Of a stretch of 64,000 bases of DNA, positions 36,983 to 45,042 are shown piece by piece. Each line of letters begins with the position of its first letter. The first letter of the stretch is position 1. Position numbers and translations under genes: made by a program. The notes below the pieces were generated by a model that saw only the letters and a list, made by a program, of their open reading frames with translations, was not told the DNA's origin and ran no database searches. This DNA comes from Verrucomicrobiales bacterium (GTDB lineage: Bacteria > Verrucomicrobiota > Verrucomicrobiia > Verrucomicrobiales > V1-33): assembly GCA_031411295.1 (NCBI GenBank), contig JANOAV010000059.1, positions 19,477 to 83,476 of the forward strand. Direction: 5' to 3'.

Positions 36983-37945
36983 ATGAGAAAAGGTCACGCT
37001 ATATCAAACTGGATCTGCCTGAGACTAAGCCATGCGTGGCTCCTGGGCCTACTTTTGGGAACTTCAATGGAGGCCATGACGGTGGACTTCACCGCTCAGC
37101 CTGGGCAGCGTTATGTGGCGAATGCCTCGAGTGTGGCGGTGCCTGCAGGCGCGTTTGTGTGGGTTGGAGCGATAATGGACGATGCACAGGTTTCGGCTGG
37201 TATTAGCTACGTTACGTTGCGGTCACTCTGGCTGCCCTTTGCCTCCACGCTCACCAGGACGCTGGGCGGAGAGGCAGGGAGGTTTTCGGCCTCCATTTCT
37301 CGTGATGAACCAGATTTGAGTTTGCGGAAAATTTATCTGTTCGTCCAGCAGACGACCGACAACCTAGCGCCTGCCATCGATGGCTCCAATGTGAGTCAAT
37401 GGGGTCTCTTCTCCAGCACCCAGGCACCCTGGCGATTTCCTGACAACAACAATTTACCACCCGGCAACGCCACGCTCATCACCTCCAGCCAAGTGAATCA
37501 GGTCTGGATGGGAAGCATTACCACCTCGACGCTGCAACTGGCCCTTCAGCCGACTCCCGCTTCGGCTTACGCGGCGTGGGCCGCGGTGGCATTTGCTGGT
37601 AATCCTAACACCGACGCTTCCGCCCAAGCAGATCCAGATGGCGACGGCATCAGCAATGCGTTGGAATGTCTTTTCGGAACCCTACCGCTAACTAGCAACG
37701 CCCCCGTGTATCGCTTGGAGCAGGCTGGTTCGGGAGTTACGTTCAGGTATCCCAGAAACGCAGCGCTGCCAGCCGGATATGAGCGGCTGGAAATTTCCTC
37801 CACCCTGAGTGGATGGACGTCACCAACTGCAACTCAGTTCACCAAAAGCATCATCGCCAACGAATGGCTCTACAATTTTCCACAGGCCAATAACGGCTCC
37901 CGGCTATTCTTCCGCATTGTCCTACCGTGGATGGGAGGGCCGTAG
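36983..37945 (+). CDS. Secreted protein: N-domain homologous to the PEP-CTERM protein at 32456, C-terminal YxxW...DPDGDG module
   Basis: Hydrophobic leader; QTTDNLAP..SNVS..LF...WRFP shared motif; AYAAWA...ADPDGDGISNALECLFGT...LFFRI. Confidence 0.75.
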   Translation: MRKGHAISNWICLRLSHAWLLGLLLGTSMEAMTVDFTAQPGQRYVANASSVAVPAGAFVWVGAIMDDAQVSAGISYVTLRSLWLPFASTLTRTLGGEAGRFSASISRDEPDLSLRKIYLFVQQTTDNLAPAIDGSNVSQWGLFSSTQAPWRFPDNNNLPPGNATLITSSQVNQVWMGSITTSTLQLALQPTPASAYAAWAAVAFAGNPNTDASAQADPDGDGISNALECLFGTLPLTSNAPVYRLEQAGSGVTFRYPRNAALPAGYERLEISSTLSGWTSPTATQFTKSIIANEWLYNFPQANNGSRLFFRIVLPWMGGP

Positions 37946-37980
37946 GAAAAGCACCGGTAGCGCTGGCATTGTCAATTGGC

Positions 37981-38721
37981 CTATTGATAACGACGACGCC
38001 TACGCGACAACCAGAAAGAGATTCCGGATAAACTCAGGAAAGCGGTGGATGGCTCTGGCACGTAGGTGATTTGCAATTGGGCAACTTCGGCACCAGTTTC
38101 CAAAGCGGTGAACCGACGTGCTGTTCCGAGGACACCTTCGTTGTGGGCAATCATAATCCAACCGAAGTTAGTGCTGGCTGAGTTTACCCATTGCTGCACA
38201 TCGGACACCATGGTTGAGGTGGAACTGATGATCACTGGCCCCAAGCCGTTAACGACTGGGGAAACGCCGCTGCTGGAAGCAATGTATTCCACTCCGGCTT
38301 GGGTGCCTGGCGCAGACCAAACGGTTACTCCCTGCGCCTGTGAATTCCACGACGTTTGCCCCAACAACGCTGGCGAGCCGTTGCTAGTGCCCGTGCCTTC
38401 TGTCCAACTCGTGAGGAATCGATGTAGTTCGTAGGAGTCGGCTTGAGGGGAATTGGATTGCCGATTCACGTTCAACGTCAGGGTGACCGATTGTATGGTC
38501 GCGCCGCTGGGAATAATTCCGGACAGGTTACATTGCAGCAATGCACGCGAAGCAAATCCAAGTCGGGTAGTGCCGACCGATAAGTCATCCGCGCCCAGAT
38601 TGGAATCTGGATCATTGGCAAACAACGTGGTGTCTTTGCTGACCGGAACGCTGATCACTGCGGCTTTGGCGGAGGTCGAATGCAGGAGACCTAGACAACA
38701 TAACAAATAGAGTTGTTTCAT
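37981..38721 (-). CDS. PEP-CTERM protein with DNRLRE-like domain
   Basis: Signal peptide; KDTTL, RALLQ, IPSGATIQSVTLTL, WTEG, NFGWI; VPEPST, TM helix, RRRRR. Confidence 0.85.
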   Translation of the reverse strand: MKQLYLLCCLGLLHSTSAKAAVISVPVSKDTTLFANDPDSNLGADDLSVGTTRLGFASRALLQCNLSGIIPSGATIQSVTLTLNVNRQSNSPQADSYELHRFLTSWTEGTGTSNGSPALLGQTSWNSQAQGVTVWSAPGTQAGVEYIASSSGVSPVVNGLGPVIISSTSTMVSDVQQWVNSASTNFGWIMIAHNEGVLGTARRFTALETGAEVAQLQITYVPEPSTAFLSLSGISFWLSRRRRRYQ

Positions 38722-38780
38722 GATGCCGCACTATGAGTGCAACCAACTCCTAAGGCAAATTTGTCTTCGCAAAGATTCCG

Positions 38781-38969
38781 CTACTTTTTGCGATTCGCGC
38801 AGCAAGCTACGCCTAAGCCGATCAATGCGAACCCGGTGATCCCCAATCCGGTAGCACCGGATACCCAGATTTCCAAAGCCATGCCCAAGGTTACTCCGCA
38901 GGCCAATCCCGTGAGCAGGCGTTTTCCTGAGATTTTGATTTGATTGGTGAAAGCGGGCGTGTGTTCCAT
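38781..38969 (-). CDS. Small membrane protein
   Basis: 62 aa, two Gly-rich hydrophobic helices and a basic tail; co-oriented with neighbours. Confidence 0.5.
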   Translation of the reverse strand: MEHTPAFTNQIKISGKRLLTGLACGVTLGMALEIWVSGATGLGITGFALIGLGVACCANRKK

Positions 38970-39050
38970 CTTTTATTCTAGAACGGTGTGCCGAATGGTC
39001 CACATAATCAGTGTTCCAGTTTAGCAACGGACGAGCCTCCTCACACCCGA

Positions 39051-39902
39051 TTAGCCTGTCAGTGCCGTCACAGACTCGCGATGGATGGGGGCTCCGGTGA
39101 GTCTTTTTGTGGGCGCTGGTCCCACGTGACGCAGGAAATCCTCGTAGGTGATGACTTCGATTTCGTGATCGAAATGTTCGACGATGGCGGTGCGGCTCTC
39201 CACCCAGTCGCCACTATTTAAATAGTGGACCCCGTTGATGAATTTATCCGCTGCGGTATGAATGTGGCCGCAGATGATGCCCTTGGTGCCGCGTTGGCGC
39301 GCCATGTCCTGGAGTTGTTCCTCGTAGCGACCAGAGTAGCTCACGGCTTGTTTGACCTTGGCTTTGATGGCTTTGCTGAGGGAGAAATATTCCTTCCCCC
39401 GGAACCGCCGCCACCAATTGTAGGCCCGGTTGATCCGCAGCAGTTGATCGTAGCCGATAGAGCCCAGCACACTCAGCCAGCGATGATTCGTGGTGACTTG
39501 ATCGAAGACGTCGCCATGGATTACGATGTATTTGCCCTGCGGCGTGTCGTGGATGTGCTCATTGCAAATATGGAGCTTGGACAGTCGTAGCGGCATGAAG
39601 CGACGCAGTTCATCATCGTGATTCCCCCGCAGATAGATTACCTCAGTGCCGTCCTTTTCCATTTTGCGCAGGACCATGCGAATGAAGCGGGTGTGCTGGC
39701 TGGTCCAGTGTTGCGGCTTGCGGCGGAGGTGCCAGGAGTCGATGATGTCCCCGTTGAGGACGAGCTTCTCGCAACGGGTGCGACGGAGGAAATCGTTCAC
39801 CTCGGAGATCTTGCAATCCGGCGTGCCGAGGTGCACGTCCGAAAGGAAGATGGTTTTATAACGGATGAAGCGCTGCTGTGTTAGGTGGCTGTTGGTAGTC
39901 AT
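39051..39902 (-). CDS. LpxH2/PlcP-like metallophosphoesterase (putative phospholipase C)
   Basis: SDVHLG, GDIID, GNHD, HGD.FD, CGHIH, YLNSGDWVES; start placed at MTTNSHL. Confidence 0.85.
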   Translation of the reverse strand: MTTNSHLTQQRFIRYKTIFLSDVHLGTPDCKISEVNDFLRRTRCEKLVLNGDIIDSWHLRRKPQHWTSQHTRFIRMVLRKMEKDGTEVIYLRGNHDDELRRFMPLRLSKLHICNEHIHDTPQGKYIVIHGDVFDQVTTNHRWLSVLGSIGYDQLLRINRAYNWWRRFRGKEYFSLSKAIKAKVKQAVSYSGRYEEQLQDMARQRGTKGIICGHIHTAADKFINGVHYLNSGDWVESRTAIVEHFDHEIEVITYEDFLRHVGPAPTKRLTGAPIHRESVTALTG

Positions 39903-41073
39903 AGGTTGGGACTGGTCGTGGTGGGAGAGAACGGATCGGCACCGCCTGCACCGTGGCTTCGAGGATGGACTCGAAGTCCTGCACGATGTGATTCCAGGTA
40001 AGTTCCATGGCGGTGCGACGAGCCATGGCCCCAACGGAATCCAACAGGAATGGCGAGAGATTGAGGATACAGGCAAATTGATCGACAAATGCGGCGCTAT
40101 TTGCATGGGGCACCGTCCAGCCATTGGTTTCGTGCACCACATGCTCACGCGCAGCGGCATAATCGAAACTCAGCGTGGGCAGTCCGCTGGCCATGGCTTC
40201 CAGAAGCACGTTGCCAAACGTTTCGGTCAGGCTGGGGAAGAGCAGCAGATCCCCGGAAGCATAGTGAGCGGCCAGGGAATCACCGCGTTGCTCGCCAGCA
40301 AAATGGACCCAGGGATAGCGTGCCTGGTATTCCGCCAGCTTGGGTCCGTCACCCACGACAACGATTTTCAATCGTGGATGTCCTGCCAGCAGTTGCTGGG
40401 CCGCATCCAGCGCGAAAGGTATATTCTTCTCTGAGGCGACCCGCCCCACGAGCAGGATGACGAAATCTCCCGGCTGCGCTCCCCAGGCCGCTCTTAATTC
40501 GCTGGAGCATTTGGCCGGGCTGAAGCGCTTGGCATCCACTCCGCGTCGCATCAGTTGCACGCGCTGGTAACCAAGGCTGGTGAGTTTGCGGGCGGTATCG
40601 TTGGAAGGGGCCAGGGTAAATGCCCCACGGTTGTGGAACCTCCGTTGCGCCATGGCGGCCAGGCCGACTAGCTTACCTCCACCATAGGCCGGCAGGTAGT
40701 CGCAAAAATTCGTGTGATAGCCAGATCCAACGGGAATGCCCATGCGGCGGGCCAAGCCCATGGCGGCCCAGCCGAGCGGTCCCTCGGTGGCGACATACAC
40801 CACATGCGGCCGCCACGTGCGCCAGCGGAGCCAGAGGGCCAAGTAACTCGGCCAGCCCATGCGCAGGGCCGGATAGCCGGGCACGGGCAACGAGCGGAGC
40901 ACGTGCTGGCGTGGTTCGATCAACGGAGGTGGTTCGCAGGCTTGGGCACTTTGAGGGCGGAAGATTTCCACGGCGTGATGACGTGATTGCAGCCCTTGGA
41001 CCAAATTCTGAAGAGTAAAGGACACGCCGTTTACATCCGGCGGATAGGTTTCGGAAACGATGGCAATTTTCAT
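39856..41073 (-). CDS. GT4 glycosyltransferase (Agt-like, putative glycolipid synthase)
   Basis: MKIAIVSETYPPDVNGV, ATEGPLG, YHTNF, RGVD, VGRVASEKN, FPSLTETFGNVLLEAMASG. Confidence 0.88.
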   Translation of the reverse strand: MKIAIVSETYPPDVNGVSFTLQNLVQGLQSRHHAVEIFRPQSAQACEPPPLIEPRQHVLRSLPVPGYPALRMGWPSYLALWLRWRTWRPHVVYVATEGPLGWAAMGLARRMGIPVGSGYHTNFCDYLPAYGGGKLVGLAAMAQRRFHNRGAFTLAPSNDTARKLTSLGYQRVQLMRRGVDAKRFSPAKCSSELRAAWGAQPGDFVILLVGRVASEKNIPFALDAAQQLLAGHPRLKIVVVGDGPKLAEYQARYPWVHFAGEQRGDSLAAHYASGDLLLFPSLTETFGNVLLEAMASGLPTLSFDYAAAREHVVHETNGWTVPHANSAAFVDQFACILNLSPFLLDSVGAMARRTAMELTWNHIVQDFESILEATVQAVPIRSLPPRPVPTYDYQQPPNTAALHPL

Positions 41074-41085
41074 GAGATAATAGAT

Positions 41086-42927
41086 TTAGACTTCAGCTGT
41101 AGTGGCCGCCTCCGGCCAGATTCCATGGTGGTCGAGATAGGCCCGGGTTCCTTCCTCTCCCATATATCGGGCCAGCACTTTTGGATTTGTCTTGGTTAAA
41201 TCCACGAGGATCAAGCCATCCACGACTGACGAGAACGAACGATCCAGGTTGAAGCACAGCAGACTGGCACTCAGTTTTAAATAGTGTTTCAACAGCACCG
41301 GGAGTCCTTTGCGATCGCTCTCAATGGTGGAGATCAGTGAAGCGAGATCTTCCTCTGAACGGAGCGGGGAATCATTCAGTTCCCGTTGTAATTGAGAGGA
41401 AATACGGCTGCGGAACGGGCTGCGTGGTTTCACCAGATCCCGCAACTCGGCGTGCTGACGTTGGGACATCAGAAAGTCCACGATGAGACGACGACTGGTG
41501 GGCTCGTATTCATCACTGATGCTAACTGGGCCGAAGAGTAGCTTGTAGCGCGGATGGCGGCGGACCCAAGTGGAGAAGCCTTTCCAGAGCAGCAGCAAGG
41601 AGGCCGGATGACGTTGATACTCCTGGCAAATAAAGGAGCGCCCGAGTTCCAATGCGCAATCCATTTTACTGAGGAAGCGCGGTGAGAAGCGGAACAAGGT
41701 GTCTGTGTAGAGACCTTTGCGTCCGAGCTTTTGCATGATCTTATCGGCTCGCCCGACGCGGTAAGCACCAGCAATTTTTGCGGCGGATTCATCCCAAAGA
41801 ATGAGGTGCAGGTAGTGTTGATCAAACTCATCCAAATCTACGTCCCCGCCGGTGCCCTCACCTACGGCCCGAAAGGTGAGCTCGCGCAGCCGCCCGATCT
41901 CCTGTAAGGCCTGTGGGATGTCTGCTGCTTCGGCCATGTAAACCGAAAGATTGCCCTGCTCTGCCATGAGGCGGCCATTAGCGCGGAGCTTGGTAAATTC
42001 GCCAGCCAACTGAAGATCAATTTCCTCTCCTTTGCGTAAGCTGGGAGGTGCCTCGGGGCATGGGTCCGGCTTGACTTGATGGCCTAGGGCCAGCGTTAGT
42101 AAACGAATGTGCCCGGTGAGTGCCGAGGCAGTCGTGAATCGTTTGAGTTTGCCGTAGCCCAGCGCTTCGCCCGCTTTCACTTGCACCGACTTGCCGCGGC
42201 GGTGGCACAGTTCTCGCAGCAGCAGCGACGTGCGCACGCGGGGATGCAGGAGGCCGGCCATTTGAAAAAAGAGGCTATTCCTACCAGCAAAATGGACTGG
42301 GAGCAAGGTGGCTTTGGATCGATGAATCAAGGCTCCCAGATGCTCATTCCAAGGGCGCTCCTCCACCCCATGGCCCAACTGATAATGGGCTACAGCGCCA
42401 GCGGGAAAGATGATCAAGGCACCACCGGAAGCCAAATGTCGCAGGGCCAGTTTCATGGCTCCGACATTGCGTCGCTCGCTACCGGCACCTCCGAAGTTAT
42501 CGACGGGGATGATCCACGGCTGCACTTCGGGCATCGAGCTAAGCATCGAGTTCGCTAGGAACTTAGCATCCGGCCGCACCTGGCCGATCAGATGCCCGAG
42601 GATCACGGCGTCTGCGAGGCCGAAGGGATGGTTCGCAACGATGATCAGTGGGCCCGTGCGAGGGATCTTGGGCAGTGCTTCGGTATTGGCATGATATTGC
42701 AAACCAGAAGCCTCCAGACAGGAGCCGAACCATTTCTTCAGGCTGATTTCTTCGGAAGAATTGCGGAAACTCCTCCCCGCGTGAGCATAACAGTCGTTGA
42801 ACTGACGGATGGCTAGCGAATTCTCTACGAAAGGGGCGGCCAGTTGGTAAACTTGGCGTTGGAAGTCCGTTTGACAGCGATGACTGAGATCGATGAGCTT
42901 GGGGTATACAGTTGCGGGGGTAGGCAT
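41086..42927 (-). CDS. Bifunctional acyltransferase/GNAT protein (OlsF-like, putative ornithine-lipid synthase)
   Basis: N-terminal NHPFGLAD (HX4D) and FPAG; C-terminal EIGRLRELTFR..GEG, DEFD, GAYR, LELGRSF, LFGPVSIS, PVLLKHY. Confidence 0.82.
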   Translation of the reverse strand: MPTPATVYPKLIDLSHRCQTDFQRQVYQLAAPFVENSLAIRQFNDCYAHAGRSFRNSSEEISLKKWFGSCLEASGLQYHANTEALPKIPRTGPLIIVANHPFGLADAVILGHLIGQVRPDAKFLANSMLSSMPEVQPWIIPVDNFGGAGSERRNVGAMKLALRHLASGGALIIFPAGAVAHYQLGHGVEERPWNEHLGALIHRSKATLLPVHFAGRNSLFFQMAGLLHPRVRTSLLLRELCHRRGKSVQVKAGEALGYGKLKRFTTASALTGHIRLLTLALGHQVKPDPCPEAPPSLRKGEEIDLQLAGEFTKLRANGRLMAEQGNLSVYMAEAADIPQALQEIGRLRELTFRAVGEGTGGDVDLDEFDQHYLHLILWDESAAKIAGAYRVGRADKIMQKLGRKGLYTDTLFRFSPRFLSKMDCALELGRSFICQEYQRHPASLLLLWKGFSTWVRRHPRYKLLFGPVSISDEYEPTSRRLIVDFLMSQRQHAELRDLVKPRSPFRSRISSQLQRELNDSPLRSEEDLASLISTIESDRKGLPVLLKHYLKLSASLLCFNLDRSFSSVVDGLILVDLTKTNPKVLARYMGEEGTRAYLDHHGIWPEAATTAEV

Positions 42928-42990
42928 AAGATTGCGTTTGATCTGCCGCTGAGCAAACACCACTTAAAGTCCAAGGGGAATTTATTATTA

Positions 42991-43008
42991 GTGAATATAT
43001 CGTGACAA
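42991..43008 (-). promoter_or_regulatory. Pho-box-like direct repeat
   Basis: Minus strand TTGTCAC-GATA-TATTCAC (7-4-7) about 65 nt upstream of the OlsF-like ATG; further weaker half-sites upstream. Confidence 0.45.
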
Positions 43009-43084
43009 TTAAAGTTACGGAACTGCTACATACCATCACCTCGATCGTAGATGGCCCTCAATGGGATCGTCCGCCTTGGGATGC

Positions 43085-43310
43085 ATCTGCGGGGCTCGCA
43101 GCGGAGGAATTACTCCGCTTCAGGTGCATTGTGAAAACGCAGTTATTTACTCTCCCCTGCGAGCTTCTTGCCAGTGCTGAAGGCAATCTTTCCCAAATGA
43201 TTCGCTTCCGTCAGTGACCCTGGATAACCGAAGGGACTGGCGGTCGGGGTGCCATTCTTAATGAGGTGAAGCCATTCCTGTTGATGTCCGGGATGAACGG
43301 AGTGGGTTTC
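43085..43310 (-). pseudogene. Relic of a Gfo/Idh/MocA oxidoreductase C-terminus
   Basis: One frame reads PGHQQEWLHLIKNGTPTASPFGYPGSLTEANHLGKIAFSTGKKLAGESK*LRFHNAPEAE*FLRCEPR, with two in-frame stops and no N-terminal domain. Confidence 0.65.
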
Positions 43311-43505
43311 CGTTAAAAAAGTGACCATTCGTTTCGCGATCAAATCTAAGGCGGATTTGCGAGAGGATTCGAGCCGATAATCCGCCGTTGCGGTGGTTCG
43401 ACTACAAGTCTTAAAATCCTCTGCGCCCACCCCATCTCTCACCGTGCTAAATTTTCTGAAAATAAGTGTGACCGAGTGCCCTCCACCCGGAATTAACCCT
43501 ACGAA

Positions 43506-44030
43506 ATGAACTCTCCCGCACCAGACCCTTCGCGATTCATCGCCACGCTAACCCGGCATCAGCCTGCATTGGAAGCCTTTTGCCATGCTCAATTGGCAAA
43601 CCGCCAAGATGCCCAGGAAGCACTCCAAGCAACTTGCGTCAAACTCTGGGAGAAATCTGGAGACTGGAACCCCGAGACAGAGTTTCTGCCCTGGGCTTTT
43701 GCGGTGGCACGTTTCACGGTCCTCTCGCACATCCGCGACCGCATGAGAGACCGACTCGTTTTTGACGAAGATGTCGTATTAGCCATGGTTGCTGAGACCG
43801 AAACCGCAGCCACCCACTTCGAAGACCGTCGCGAAGCCCTCGGCACTTGCCTGGAGAAACTCAAGCCAGAGCAGCGCGACCTCCTCCAAGAGCACTACAT
43901 TGCTGGACACAGCGTTCGCGAACTCTCCAACACCACCGGCCGCAGCCAGAGCGCGGTCAAAATGATTTTGCTACGGCTGCGCGAACAGCTCAGTGCCTGC
44001 ATCCAACTTCAACTGCGCGTTTCCCCATGA
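43506..44030 (+). CDS. ECF sigma-70 factor (Planctomycetes/Verrucomicrobia type)
   Basis: DAQEALQATCVKLWEK, FLPWAFAVARF, CLEKL, AVKMILLRLREQL. Confidence 0.9.
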   Translation: MNSPAPDPSRFIATLTRHQPALEAFCHAQLANRQDAQEALQATCVKLWEKSGDWNPETEFLPWAFAVARFTVLSHIRDRMRDRLVFDEDVVLAMVAETETAATHFEDRREALGTCLEKLKPEQRDLLQEHYIAGHSVRELSNTTGRSQSAVKMILLRLREQLSACIQLQLRVSP

Positions 44031-44992
44031 ATCCCGACTCTGCCACGCTCGATCATCAACTGCTCTCGCTCCTGCAGGCCGTGCGGGAAAATCACGAGCA
44101 ATCCTCTCGCGCCCAACTCAACGAACTCCTGCGCAGCGATCCCACTGCCCGAGCTTCCATGGCACGACTGTTAGTGGATGAGCAGGCTCTGATCAATCGC
44201 CTGCGGGACGACCGCATCGTCTCACTCCTCGAACCCACATCGTCGCCCTCGCCACAAACTACAGCCCGCTCGCCACGCTGGCTGACCTGGCGTCCGCTCA
44301 CCGCAGCCGCCGCAGGCATCGTGTTAGGCATGTTTTGCACCTCCGTGGTCTATGGCTTTGTCGCGCAACGCAGCTTGGACAAAATGACCCCTTTGATCGT
44401 ATATTCGCCAGGGCTGGAGACAGCGGGAACATTAGTGGACGACGGATTACCCAAAGCGATTGGAGTATGGGGCGCTGATTCTGCCCTCGTGGTCTCAGCG
44501 GAGCAGGGTGTGAAGCCACCTGAAGGCAAGCAAATGATGCGGCTGATGCCCATCCCGCTGGAGAGATCCGTCAAGAGTCGCTTCTCGCGGGTTTATCAGG
44601 TTCTGGACCTTCGCTCCCAGCCAATTCCTCGCAACTCCACCGACGCAGAGGTGCGGGTAACCGCGTCGTTCTGCTCCAGCGACGATAGTGTCGCATCCCG
44701 CTACCTCATTCGTGCCGTCGCGCTCGACGAAGAGCCCGAGCAGGCCACCAAAGGCTTCTGGTCTAAAACGGAAGAGGACGGCGTCGTATCCGTGGTCCAG
44801 AGATTCGAGACTACGCCCGGGGATAAAGGGTGGCACACGTTCTCCCTCAAAATGCCCTTGCCACGCGGTGCCAAGAGTCTGGTCTTCATCTTCGGGGCCG
44901 GGCCTGCGGGCGAGGCCACGGCCGAACTTTCGCCTCACTACTTGGATGACGTTCACGTATCGGTTATCACCTCAGAGCCCACCCTTCCATAA
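44027..44992 (+). CDS. Putative anti-sigma factor (one TM helix + extracytoplasmic domain)
   Basis: ATGA overlap with the ECF gene; LNELLRSDPTAR N-domain; WRPLTAAAAGIVLG TM helix. Confidence 0.75.
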   Translation: MNPDSATLDHQLLSLLQAVRENHEQSSRAQLNELLRSDPTARASMARLLVDEQALINRLRDDRIVSLLEPTSSPSPQTTARSPRWLTWRPLTAAAAGIVLGMFCTSVVYGFVAQRSLDKMTPLIVYSPGLETAGTLVDDGLPKAIGVWGADSALVVSAEQGVKPPEGKQMMRLMPIPLERSVKSRFSRVYQVLDLRSQPIPRNSTDAEVRVTASFCSSDDSVASRYLIRAVALDEEPEQATKGFWSKTEEDGVVSVVQRFETTPGDKGWHTFSLKMPLPRGAKSLVFIFGAGPAGEATAELSPHYLDDVHVSVITSEPTLP

Positions 44993-45042
44993 GCTCATCA
45001 ATCTGGGCCTCCTTTCTTTTTCTCCCAACAAATAATCATTTC

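Noticed and set aside
39903..40160. N-terminal extension of the PlcP-like ORF
   Set aside because: Lies within the GT4 gene in another frame; family motifs start only after MTTNSHL.
43466..43495. Possible ECF promoter GTGAC-N16-GGAAT upstream of the first sigma gene
   Set aside because: Plausible position, but it does not match a consensus I can state with confidence.
43847..44026. N-terminal extension of the anti-sigma ORF
   Set aside because: Overlaps the sigma gene; ATGA coupling at 44027 is the more parsimonious start.
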